This document shows positions 8,403 to 17,596 of a stretch of 64,000 nucleotides of DNA, piece after piece (the first letter of the stretch is position 1; each line of letters begins with the position of its first letter). The DNA is taken from assembly GCA_050261175.1 (NCBI GenBank), contig JBLNDA010000051.1, positions 13,722-77,721 on the forward strand, read 5' to 3'. The translations under genes were made by a program, and so were the position numbers. Under the pieces are notes generated by a model, which was not told the origin of the DNA, ran no database searches, and worked only from the letters and a program-made list of their open reading frames with translations. Origin of the DNA: Clostridia bacterium. Lineage in GTDB: Bacteria; Bacillota; SHA-98; UBA4971.

Positions 8403-10127
8403 ATGGACATGATCACTCTCACAGTTGACGGTCGCAAGGTGGAGGTCCCCAAGGGCTCGACTGTCCTGGACGCTGCGAGGGCGGCGGGAATCGACGTGCC
8501 AACCTTGTGCTACCTGAAGGACGTGAACGCCGTAGGTGTGTGCAGGGTGTGCGTCGTGGAAATCGAGGGGGCGAAGTCCCTGCAGGCGTCGTGCGTCACT
8601 CCGGCAGCCGAGGGCATGTCGGTCCACACGAACACCCCCGCTGTGCGCGAGGCGAGGCGGACGGTGCTGGAGCTCATCATATCGAACCACCCTTTCGAGT
8701 GCCTTACCTGCGAGAGAAACGGAAACTGCGAGCTGCAGGCACTCGCGGATAGGTTCGGGATACGCGACATCGAGTATCAGGGCCAGCGTGCTGAGTTCAA
8801 GGTGGACGCCTCGACTCCTTCCATCGTACGGGATCCGAACAAGTGCATCCTCTGTCGGCGATGCATGAGCGTGTGCCAGAAGGTGCAGACGGTGTATGCG
8901 CTCGCCCCCAACGACAGGGGCTTCGGCACGATGATCGCGCCCGCGTTCGGAGGCGAGCTCATGAACGCCGTGTGCGCGCTGTGTGGCCAGTGCGTCCTGG
9001 TCTGCCCGACAGGGGCGCTTAAGGAGCGCGACGAAACCGAAGCCGTGTGGGCGGCCATCGCGGATCCCTCCAAGCACGTCGTCGTGCAGACGGCACCCGC
9101 CATACGCGCGAGCATCGGCGAGGAGTGCGGGCTTCCCCCGGGAAGCCGGGTGACGGGACAGCTCACCGCGGCCCTGCGCAAGCTCGGGTTCGACATGGTG
9201 TTCGACACGGATTTCGCGGCAGACCTCACGATAATGGAGGAGGGGCATGAGTTCATCTCCCGGTTGCGCGGCGGCGGAAGGTTGCCTCTCATCACCTCGT
9301 GCAGCCCGGGGTGGATCAAGTTCATAGAACACTTCTACCCCGACCTCCTGCCGAACCTTTCCACGTGCAAATCGCCGCAACAGATGTTCGGCGCCGTGGC
9401 GAAGACCTACTACGCCGAGAAGGCCGGGATCGACCCGACGGACATCTTCGTCGTGTCGGCGATGCCATGCACCGCGAAGAAGTTCGAAGCCAGGAGGCCC
9501 GAAATGACCGCGAGCGGATATTCTGACGTGGACGCTGTGCTTACCACCAGGGAACTCGGCAGGATGATCCGCGAAGCCGGCATTGACTTCGCGTCCCTCG
9601 CTCCCGAGCCCTATGACCCGCCTCTCGGCATATCCACCGGAGCGGGAGCCATCTTCGGCGCCACCGGTGGCGTGATGGAGGCGGCGCTCAGGACCGTGTC
9701 CGAGGTGGTGTTGGACCGCGAGCTCGAGAACATCGACTTCGTCCCGGTCCGAGGGCTCACCGGAGTCAAGGAAGCCGAGGTGGACCTGGACGGGGTGCGC
9801 GTGCGCGTCGCCGTTGCGCACGGTCTCGGGAACGCGAGGCGTCTCCTCGAGAGGATCAGGAAGGGCGACGCTGACTATCATTTCATCGAGATAATGGCCT
9901 GTCCGGGCGGGTGCATCGGCGGCGGCGGACAATCCATTCCCACGAACGATGAGATAAGGATGAAGAGGATCGCCGCCATCTACGAAGAGGATAAGCACAT
10001 GCCGCTGCGCAAGTCTCACCTCAACCCGGCTGTACAGCAGCTCTATAGGGAATTCCTCGGCAAGCCCCTCGGCGAGAAATCCCACGAGCTTCTGCACACT
10101 CACTACCACGCCCGGGCGAGGTTCTAA
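8403..10127 (+). CDS. hydA: [FeFe]-hydrogenase catalytic subunit, CpI-like M3 architecture, with variant L1 motif
   Basis: 574 aa. N-terminal 2Fe-2S domain, His-ligated cluster region (HPFECLTCERNGNC) and 2x[4Fe-4S] domain. H-cluster motifs are L1 TSCSPGW (canonical TSCCPxW), L2 MPCTAKKFE and L3 EIMACPGGCIGGGGQ. Confidence 0.92.
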   Translation: MDMITLTVDGRKVEVPKGSTVLDAARAAGIDVPTLCYLKDVNAVGVCRVCVVEIEGAKSLQASCVTPAAEGMSVHTNTPAVREARRTVLELIISNHPFECLTCERNGNCELQALADRFGIRDIEYQGQRAEFKVDASTPSIVRDPNKCILCRRCMSVCQKVQTVYALAPNDRGFGTMIAPAFGGELMNAVCALCGQCVLVCPTGALKERDETEAVWAAIADPSKHVVVQTAPAIRASIGEECGLPPGSRVTGQLTAALRKLGFDMVFDTDFAADLTIMEEGHEFISRLRGGGRLPLITSCSPGWIKFIEHFYPDLLPNLSTCKSPQQMFGAVAKTYYAEKAGIDPTDIFVVSAMPCTAKKFEARRPEMTASGYSDVDAVLTTRELGRMIREAGIDFASLAPEPYDPPLGISTGAGAIFGATGGVMEAALRTVSEVVLDRELENIDFVPVRGLTGVKEAEVDLDGVRVRVAVAHGLGNARRLLERIRKGDADYHFIEIMACPGGCIGGGGQSIPTNDEIRMKRIAAIYEEDKHMPLRKSHLNPAVQQLYREFLGKPLGEKSHELLHTHYHARARF

Positions 10128-10223
10128 GAGGGGTCTCGTGCAGCGCGGCACATGTGGTCGGGCTAGTGGGTCGTCGGCTCCCAACCTCCTACCTGCGTCG
10201 CGGACCTCGCTGGTCTCGCGGCT

Positions 10224-10253
10224 GCCCGCATCAAGTGATGCGGGCTTCTCTCT
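10224..10253 (+). terminator. candidate terminator after hydA
   Basis: Hairpin GCCCGCATC-aagt-GATGCGGGC followed by the pyrimidine-rich TTCTCTCT. Confidence 0.45.
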
Positions 10254-10493
10254 GTACGCGTGCGTACGAGTGGCTTTGCTTGGCATTCCCATGCCGCGAT
10301 GTGATTTGGCTGGGAAGGCGAAGAGGAGTTTCGTCACACAGTGAGAAGTACTGTATAATCTGAGACTGTGGAGGCACAGGTCCGGTCTTGTCTTTGACCT
10401 GTTACAGAGCGGGTTTTCCGGATCCTGAACCGGCTATCCTGAACCCGTTCCCGGCCGTCATGGGTCTATCGCCCGTCGAAGGGGGACACCGCG

Positions 10494-11303
10494 ATGTACA
10501 AGAGTATTCCGGGCCGCCGCGCCGTTGGCGGGCGCCGCCGCGTCTATCTCGTGATACTGGCAGCGGGAGTTGCCGGCCTCACGGTGCTCGCAGGCGGCGT
10601 CGCTCCTGCCCGCGTCGGAGGAGGAGCTGAGGCGGCCGGCCCGTCCTCATACCTGCTCCAGTACGATGTCAAGAAGGGTGAAACCCTCTCTTACCAGGTG
10701 CTCATCAGCGAGACGATCTACTCCGGATCGAAGCGCACGACCAACCTCTACCGGGAAGAGATCCAGGTAGAGAGCGCGGCCGCCGGCGACGGGAGGATGC
10801 GCCAGACGGTCGTTTGTTCCGGCACCGCCACCCCGGAGGGCAAAGAAGGACGCAGGCTCGAGCCTTACAGGTACTACCTCACTGTCGAGAAGACCGGACG
10901 GATCCTGGAAGCTGAAGGCCTCAGGCCGTGGGACGGGCGCCAGGTCGAGACGTTGTGGCTCGCCCAGATCATCCTGGCTGACCGGCCCGTCGTCCCAGGC
11001 GAGACGTGGACTGTGAATGACGAGCTGTACTCCACCGCCGGCGGCAACCTGGTGCCGGAGAGGCGCACCTATAGGTTTGAAGGAATTGAGAGAGTGGGCT
11101 CGCAGGACGCGTTCAAGGTCAAGTACGAGATCTCGCGGAAAGGCAGGACGAATTCAAAGGATTACACGTATGTGGGCACGGGAACGTTCTATCTCGCCTC
11201 CGGCAGGTTGGTGAGGCTGGATTCGTCGGAGATAGTGACCTACGCGGGCAACGGTCAGGACACGAAGGTCATCACCATGATCCAGGTGGAGCTGGCGCGA
11301 TAG
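10494..11303 (+). CDS. hypothetical membrane-anchored/secreted protein
   Basis: 269 aa. Arg-rich N-terminus plus hydrophobic segment VYLVILAAGVAGLTVLAGG, then a beta-rich soluble part. No family recognised. Confidence 0.6.
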   Translation: MYKSIPGRRAVGGRRRVYLVILAAGVAGLTVLAGGVAPARVGGGAEAAGPSSYLLQYDVKKGETLSYQVLISETIYSGSKRTTNLYREEIQVESAAAGDGRMRQTVVCSGTATPEGKEGRRLEPYRYYLTVEKTGRILEAEGLRPWDGRQVETLWLAQIILADRPVVPGETWTVNDELYSTAGGNLVPERRTYRFEGIERVGSQDAFKVKYEISRKGRTNSKDYTYVGTGTFYLASGRLVRLDSSEIVTYAGNGQDTKVITMIQVELAR

Positions 11304-11369
11304 AACCGTGGAACCATTGCAGCCGGACCGCGGGGGCGGGCCCATCCCAGGTGGTGAAAGGGCATCCGA

Positions 11370-12107
11370 GTGACGCATGGAACGACAGGCGACGGGCTTG
11401 TAAACGAGGCGGACGGAGCGAAGGCGAAAGAGATTCCCTCCGCCGCGCGGCGCGCGCTCATCATAGCGGGAGGACGGATCGCCGATGATTCGGCGGTGAG
11501 GGACGAGATCATGGGCGGGGAGTGGGACATCGTGGTGTGCGTGGATGGCGGGTCGTCCCACGCGGAGCGCCTCGGCGTCCGGCCGGACGTCGTCATCGGA
11601 GATCTCGACTCCGTTCACGAGGGAACCGTGGCTCGCTTCAGGCGCGCCGGGGTCACGTTCGTCACCCATCCCGCGGAGAAGGACAAGACCGATCTCGAGC
11701 TCGCCCTCGAATACGTGGTGGCCCGGGGAGCCCGGGACATCACGGTTGTCGGCGCCACCGGGGACAGGCTCGACCACACATTGGCGAACGTGCTCCTCAC
11801 GGTGAAGGCCGCATCCCTCGGCGCAAGTCTCGTCCTCACCGACGGGACGTGCACAGTGCGGCTGGTGCGGGGAGAAACGGCAGTCGCGGGCGAGCCCGGT
11901 GATTGGGTTTCGCTCTTGCCCGTGGGGGGCGACGCTTGCGGCGTTTTCACGGAAGGGTTGAGGTACATACTTCGCGGCGGCGAGCTTCCGCTCGGAGGGA
12001 CGCTCGGAGTAAGCAACGAGCTCGTGGGGGCGCGTGGGAAGGTGGGAGTCCGGGCGGGTCATGTGGTCCTGGTCCACACGCGCCGGAATCCGCCGGCTGA
12101 GCGCTGA
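11370..12107 (+). CDS. thiN: thiamine pyrophosphokinase
   Basis: Colinear with B. subtilis YloS/ThiN: GDLDS, EKDKTDLELAL, GATGDRLDH, and the C-terminal thiamine-binding part GVSNEL. The exact start is uncertain. Confidence 0.8.
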   Translation: MTHGTTGDGLVNEADGAKAKEIPSAARRALIIAGGRIADDSAVRDEIMGGEWDIVVCVDGGSSHAERLGVRPDVVIGDLDSVHEGTVARFRRAGVTFVTHPAEKDKTDLELALEYVVARGARDITVVGATGDRLDHTLANVLLTVKAASLGASLVLTDGTCTVRLVRGETAVAGEPGDWVSLLPVGGDACGVFTEGLRYILRGGELPLGGTLGVSNELVGARGKVGVRAGHVVLVHTRRNPPAER

Positions 12108-12306
12108 TGTGGGGTCCGTTCCGGCCTGCCAGCCTTGTGGGCCCGCGATCTCTCGCCACCTCGGGCGTTGCGGCCGACCGCTCCTGACAGCGGCGGAGGG
12201 GCCGGCAAGACAGCAGGGGCAACTCAATCGTCACCTTCGAGCTTCCGCGGCATATACATAAGAAGGACCGGGGTTCTTCCCGGTAGGCGGAGGGGGTGAG
12301 CCCGAG

Positions 12307-12474
12307 GTGATCGAGTGTCCGAACTGCGGAGCCATGAATCCTGACGGGGCCGAGGTGTGCGAGAGGTGCGGTCAGGGCCTTCTGCCGGGCCCGCAGACCG
12401 TATCGCACGACACCCCGAAGCTGCCCTTCATCAAGAGAATCCCGCTTCGCAGAGGTCCTGTGCGCCGCGGTTGA
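12307..12474 (+). CDS. small zinc-ribbon protein (55 aa), absent from the supplied ORF track
   Basis: GTG start. Reads VIECPNCGAMNPDGAEVCERCGQ..., i.e. CxxC-N10-CxxC. GGAGGGGG lies upstream. High third-position GC. Confidence 0.35.
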   Translation: MIECPNCGAMNPDGAEVCERCGQGLLPGPQTVSHDTPKLPFIKRIPLRRGPVRRG

Positions 12475-12499
12475 CGCGGCCGAGCTCCTGTGGTAAACT
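12471..12499 (+). promoter_or_regulatory. sigma-A-type promoter of the ileS T-box leader
   Basis: TTGACG-N17-TAAACT with a TGn extended -10 (TGGTAAACT). Confidence 0.55.
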
Positions 12500-12505
12500 C
12501 AATCA

Positions 12506-12840
12506 GAGTAGAGGCGTGGCTGGACATAGCGACACAAGAAGCAACGGCGATGAGAGGGAAGAGTAGGCCGCCTTCGGAGTAAAGCGAACCGAGGCTGGTG
12601 CGAGTCGGGGCTCAGCGGCTGCCGAAAATCACCCTTGAGTTGCGGTGCGAAATCCCCCGCTTTTCGCGGGCGGAGAGTAGACGCCGCCGGCTCCTCCCGA
12701 TATCGAGGCAGGGCATGCCCGCGCTTGAGCACACGCGCAAGCGGGCTGTGCCCGCGAGAGGGCCGCAAGTTGCGCGGCCAACCCGGGTGGTACCGCGGGA
12801 GGTTTGCCTCCCGTCCCTTGCTGTGGGACGGGAGGTTTTT
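12506..12840 (+). promoter_or_regulatory. T-box riboswitch leader, Ile specifier (AUC)
   Basis: Stem I elements are present (GAUGAGAG/AGUA, distal GGUGCGA). Specifier loop GAAAAUCA has AUC at 12628-12630. Conserved T-box GGGUGGUACCGCG at 12785-12797. Terminator at 12807-12840. It sits directly upstream of ileS. Confidence 0.85.
12807..12840 (+). terminator. T-box attenuator terminator
   Basis: CCTCCCGTCCC-ttgctgt-GGGACGGGAGG followed by TTTTT. Confidence 0.8.
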
Positions 12841-12954
12841 GATTTCCAGAATAGGCCGCCACGGATTGCCCACACTCTTCTCAAGGGTGCCAGGGCTGGA
12901 ACGAGACAGGTCGCGGTCTGTCTCTGAACGGTGTGCCGGAGGGGGTTTGTGGCG

Positions 12955-15900
12955 ATGTTCAGGAAAGTCGATCCAGACGTGAGTCTCCCTGGGATGGAGA
13001 GGGAGATTCTGAAGTTCTGGGCGGAACGCAGAATCTTCGAGAAGACGCTGGAGAAGAGCAGGGGAAACCCGAGGTTCGTGTTCTACGAGGGCCCGCCGAC
13101 GGCGAACGCTCTGCCGCATCCCGGGCACGTTCTGACCCGGGCCATGAAGGACCTGGTGCCCCGGTACCGCACGATGGCGGGCTACTACGTTCCCAGGAAA
13201 GGCGGCTGGGACACGCACGGCTTGCCAGTCGAGCTCGAAATCGAGAAAGAGCTCGGCATCAGCGGGAAGAAGCAGATAGAAGAGTACGGGGTCGAGAAGT
13301 TCATTGAGAAATGCAAGGAGAGCGTGTTCCGGTACAAGCGCGAGTGGGAGCGCATGACGGAGCGCGTGGGGTTCTGGATCGACCTCGACCAAGCCTACAT
13401 CACGTACACCGATGACTACATCGAGTCTGTGTGGTGGGCTCTGCGCCATATATGGGACAAAGGCCTGCTCTATCAGGGTTACAAAGTCGTGCCGTACTGC
13501 CCGCGCTGCGGCACCGCCCTTTCCAGCCACGAGGTGGCGCAGGGATACGCGGAAGTCGAGGATCCGTCGGTGTACGTGAAGTTCAAGGTCAAGGAGGAGG
13601 ATGACACGTTCTTCCTCGTGTGGACCACCACCCCGTGGACTCTCCCGTCCAACGTGGCCTTGGCGGTTTCAAAGGACTTCACGTACGTCAAGATCAGGCT
13701 TTCGAGGAGCGGCGAGCGGCTCATCCTGGCGAAAGGGCTTCTAGACGCGGCCGTCCGGGAGGATTACGAGATAATCCAGGAGTTTCCCGGGACCGCCCTC
13801 GCCGGAAGGGAATACGAGTCGCTCTTCGCGTTCGCCCACCCCGACAAGCGGGCGTGGTACGTGGTCACCGGGGATTTCGTCACCCTCGAGGAAGGGACTG
13901 GGATAGTCCACCTGGCGCCCGCCTTCGGCGAAGACGACATGGCTGCCGCGGTAGTACACGGCCTTCCCGTCGTGCAGCTCGTCGACGCCGAGGGCCGGTT
14001 CGTGGATGCGGTGACCCCGTGGAAAGGCATGTTCGTCAAGGAAGCGGATCCCTTGATCATCCGAAAGCTTCAAGAGGAAGGCAAACTCTACCGGAGCGAG
14101 ATGTACAAGCACACGTATCCGTTCTGTTGGAGGTGTGACACACCCCTCCTGTACTACGCCCGCACGTCGTGGTTTATCAAGACCACCGCCGTGAAGGAGG
14201 CTCTCCTCCGGAACAACTCGGCCATCAACTGGCATCCGGAGTACATCAAGGACGGCCGGATGGGCAACTTCCTGGAGAACGTGATAGACTGGGCGGTAAG
14301 CCGCGAGCGGTACTGGGGCACGCCGCTTCCAGTGTGGATATGTGAGCGTTGCGGCAAGCAGCACTGTGTCGGGAGCGTGGCGGAGCTGAAGGAGATGGCC
14401 GCGAAGCTGCCCGAGAGGCTCGAGCTGCACAGGCCGTACATCGACCAGGTCGAGCTGCGGTGCCCTGAGTGCGGCGGGACCATGCGGCGCACGCGCGAAG
14501 TCATCGACGCGTGGTTCGACTCGGGCTCGATGCCATTCGCGCAATGGCACTATCCTTTCGAGAACAAGGAGGAGTTCGAGCGGAACTTCCCGGCGAGCTT
14601 CATATGTGAAGCCATCGACCAGACACGCGGCTGGTTCTACACGCTGCTCGTCATATCGACCCTGCTCTTCGACAGGCCGTCGTTCGAGAATGTCCTGGTG
14701 CTCGGCCACATCCTGGACTCAGAGGGCCAGAAGATGAGCAAGAGGAAGGGGAACGTGGTCGATACTTGGGAGGTGTTCGACACCTACGGCGCCGACGCGT
14801 TCAGGTGGTACCTCTATACAGTCAACCCGCCGTGGAACCCCACGCGGTTCTATATGGACGCGGTGGGCGAGTCGCAGCGCAGGTTCCTCTCGACGCTGTG
14901 GAACGTGTACTCGTTCTACGTCCTGTACGCGAACGTTGACGGGTTCGACCCGGCACGGCACGAACTGGCCGTAGAGCGGCGCGCCCTCCTCGACAAGTGG
15001 ATAATATCGAGGTTCAACGGTCTTTCGAGAAAGGTCCGGAGCGAGCTGGACGGGTACAACATCACCAGCGCGGCGCGGGCCATCGAAGAGTTCGTGGATG
15101 ACCTGAGCAACTGGTACGTGCGGCGCTCGAGGCGGCGCTACTGGGGACCAGAGATGAACGAAGACAAAGTCGCGGCGTACCTCACCCTCCACGAGATGTT
15201 GGTGGGGGTGGCGAAGCTCCTCGCACCGTTCACGCCGTTCGTGGCGGAGGAGATTTACAGGAACCTCGAGGGGGAGAGGGGGGCGGGCGCCCCGGAGAGC
15301 GTTCACCTGTGTGACTACCCCGAGTGCGAGGAGGCGCTCGTTGACCCGGAACTCGAGCGCGACATGGACTTCGCCCGGAAAGTCGTCACTCTGGGTCGGG
15401 CCGCGAGAAACAAGGTGAACATAAAGAACCGTCAGCCGCTTGCAGAGATGGTGGTCGTCGCCGGAAGCCCAGAGGGCGGGCGGGCCGTCGCCGCGCTCGA
15501 GCCCCTCATAAGGGATGAGCTGAACGTCAAGGCTGTGCGCACGGCGGCGGGCATCGGCGAGTTCGTTTCTCACAAGATCAAGCCGAGGTACGATCTTCTC
15601 GGCCCGAAGCACGGCAGGCTCGTGAAGGAGATCGTGCCGGCCCTGGCAGCCATGGATCCCGAAGAAGTCGTGGGTGCCATCGACCGGCACGGCGAGGTCC
15701 AGGTGCACGTGGGGGGCTCGACGGTGACCATCGTCCGCGACGAGCTTAGCGTGGAGACTGTGGAGAAAGAGAGCTACGCGGTGGAAACCGAAGGCGGTGT
15801 CGCAGTGGCCCTCAACACCGAGCTCACTCGGGACCTCGTGATGGAAGGGCTCGCACGCGAGATGGTGAACAAAATCCAGACCATGCGGAAAGAGGCGGAT

Positions 15901-16170
15901 TTCAACATCGAGGACCGAATCCACACTGTGTTCTGGGCCGACGCGGTCGTTCGCGAGGCGTGCGAGATCCATCGGGGCTACCTGATGGAGGAGACGCTCT
16001 CGGAGGGACTCGAGTTCGGGGGGGACCCCGCCGCTGCAAGGGTCAGCGGAGAGCTTACCCGGGAGTGGGACGTCAACGGGCACAATGTCGTGATCAGCGT
16101 GGAGCGCAGGCAACGGGCCGCCGGTGCCGGCGGAGCGGGACCGTCTGTGGGAAGTGAGTGCGGACAATGA
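12955..16170 (+). CDS. ileS: isoleucine--tRNA ligase (long, type-2-like form)
   Basis: HIGH-type motif PHPGH, KMSKRKGN, and CP1 editing region. 1071 aa from ATG 12955, which has a GGAGGGGG RBS. T-box with Ile codon upstream. Confidence 0.95.
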   Translation: MFRKVDPDVSLPGMEREILKFWAERRIFEKTLEKSRGNPRFVFYEGPPTANALPHPGHVLTRAMKDLVPRYRTMAGYYVPRKGGWDTHGLPVELEIEKELGISGKKQIEEYGVEKFIEKCKESVFRYKREWERMTERVGFWIDLDQAYITYTDDYIESVWWALRHIWDKGLLYQGYKVVPYCPRCGTALSSHEVAQGYAEVEDPSVYVKFKVKEEDDTFFLVWTTTPWTLPSNVALAVSKDFTYVKIRLSRSGERLILAKGLLDAAVREDYEIIQEFPGTALAGREYESLFAFAHPDKRAWYVVTGDFVTLEEGTGIVHLAPAFGEDDMAAAVVHGLPVVQLVDAEGRFVDAVTPWKGMFVKEADPLIIRKLQEEGKLYRSEMYKHTYPFCWRCDTPLLYYARTSWFIKTTAVKEALLRNNSAINWHPEYIKDGRMGNFLENVIDWAVSRERYWGTPLPVWICERCGKQHCVGSVAELKEMAAKLPERLELHRPYIDQVELRCPECGGTMRRTREVIDAWFDSGSMPFAQWHYPFENKEEFERNFPASFICEAIDQTRGWFYTLLVISTLLFDRPSFENVLVLGHILDSEGQKMSKRKGNVVDTWEVFDTYGADAFRWYLYTVNPPWNPTRFYMDAVGESQRRFLSTLWNVYSFYVLYANVDGFDPARHELAVERRALLDKWIISRFNGLSRKVRSELDGYNITSAARAIEEFVDDLSNWYVRRSRRRYWGPEMNEDKVAAYLTLHEMLVGVAKLLAPFTPFVAEEIYRNLEGERGAGAPESVHLCDYPECEEALVDPELERDMDFARKVVTLGRAARNKVNIKNRQPLAEMVVVAGSPEGGRAVAALEPLIRDELNVKAVRTAAGIGEFVSHKIKPRYDLLGPKHGRLVKEIVPALAAMDPEEVVGAIDRHGEVQVHVGGSTVTIVRDELSVETVEKESYAVETEGGVAVALNTELTRDLVMEGLAREMVNKIQTMRKEADFNIEDRIHTVFWADAVVREACEIHRGYLMEETLSEGLEFGGDPAAARVSGELTREWDVNGHNVVISVERRQRAAGAGGAGPSVGSECGQ

Positions 16171-16619
16171 GTGAACGCGGAAGGAAATACGAGGTGAGCG
16201 CGGGAATCGTCGTCTTCAGAGGTGACCAGGTGCTCATCATCAAGAACCGCTTCGGTGAGTGGGTGCTCCCCAAGGGCAAGGTCGAGGCGGGGGAGACTTC
16301 CGAGGCTGCGGCCCTGCGCGAGGTGGAGGAGGAGACGGGCGTTCGTGCTGAAGTCCTGAAGCCTGCGGGCACGAGCGAGTACACGTACCTATCGGAACAC
16401 ACTGGGCAACCTGTGGACAAGGTCGTCCATTGGTTCCTTGGACGCGAGGCAGGGGCGGCGGCTGGCGACGGCCGGGCCGGGGGCGCGCATCCGACTCCCC
16501 AGCGGGAGGAGGGCATCACCGTCGCGTGTTTCGTGCCGTGGCAGGAGGCGGCAGCCCTTCTGAAGTACGACGGCGCTCTCGTCACGACAGTTGCATCCGA
16601 GGCCTTGCGAGACGCATGA
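16158..16619 (+). CDS. NUDIX hydrolase
   Basis: Nudix box GKVEAGETSEAAALREVEEETGV. Overlaps the ileS stop by 13 nt. Confidence 0.85.
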   Translation: MRTMSERGRKYEVSAGIVVFRGDQVLIIKNRFGEWVLPKGKVEAGETSEAAALREVEEETGVRAEVLKPAGTSEYTYLSEHTGQPVDKVVHWFLGREAGAAAGDGRAGGAHPTPQREEGITVACFVPWQEAAALLKYDGALVTTVASEALRDA

Positions 16620-16769
16620 GAACCGGCCGGACTCATACAGGCTCAGGTGTGCCGGGAGCCTTACGTGTGGCCGGCTGACGGGGCGAGAGTCCTTCCGACC
16701 CAAGGGAAGGCCCGGCGATGACCGGGGGAGACGCGCACCATTCAGCTCGCGCGTGGGAGGTGTCCGTTT

Positions 16770-17330
16770 GTGAGGCTTGGCGTGATAAGCGATACGCACG
16801 GTTCCATCACGGCGTGGGAGAAGGCCCTCGCCGTGCTGGGCAAAGTTGACGTCCTGCTCCACGCGGGGGACGTGCTGTACCATGGCCCGAGGAATCCCCT
16901 TCCCCAGGGCCACGACGCAAAGCACTTGGCTGAAGCCATCAACGGGTACGACGGCCGGCTGGTCGTCGCCAGAGGTAACTGCGACGCCGACATCGATCAG
17001 CTCGTGCTTGAGGTGCCCATCCAGGCTCCTTACGCCCTCGTCGTGGTCGAGGGCAGGTACATCCTGGTGCACCACGGACACCTCGCGGCCGGCGGGGACA
17101 TGGTGGGTCTCATGCGTCGCTATCAAGTGGATCTGGTCGTGACCGGGCATACCCACGTGCCTCGAATCGAGAGGCCCGTCGGGAAGGAAGGGGGAATCAT
17201 CCTCAACCCCGGAAGCCCGGCTCTCCCGAAGACAGAGGACAAGCGCGGCACGGTCGCAGTCATCGATGACCGTACGGTGCGCATCCTTCACATCGACGAC
17301 GGCACCGAATTGGCATCGTGTCAATGGTAG
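16770..17330 (+). CDS. YfcE/MJ0936-family metallophosphoesterase
   Basis: Motifs ISDTHG, GDVLYHG, GNCD, HHGH, GHTH. Confidence 0.85.
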   Translation: MRLGVISDTHGSITAWEKALAVLGKVDVLLHAGDVLYHGPRNPLPQGHDAKHLAEAINGYDGRLVVARGNCDADIDQLVLEVPIQAPYALVVVEGRYILVHHGHLAAGGDMVGLMRRYQVDLVVTGHTHVPRIERPVGKEGGIILNPGSPALPKTEDKRGTVAVIDDRTVRILHIDDGTELASCQW

Positions 17331-17596
17331 GGGCAGGTGCGACGTGTTCGGGCCTCCCCATCTGATCATCATGTCAGCGCCACCGCAAGGTCCCGCGCCC
17401 TCTCTCCTTCATCCTTGAACGGCCGGACGCGCGCATGGAGGAGGAGATCCCCCTCCGATAGCGAATTCCATCCGTACTGCGGGAGCCAGGTAGAAAGACG
17501 GCCTGACCGGGTTCGGGTCCCGGGTCTGGGGTGCACAAAGCGTCGAACCTGCGGGTGGCGGGCACTTGGGCAGGTGGGAGACGAGGAGGCGACGTG

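Noticed and set aside
8340-10337. 665-aa antisense ORF opposite hydA
   Set aside because: Same reasoning: low-complexity Arg/His/Pro-rich product, while the + strand encodes a complete [FeFe]-hydrogenase.
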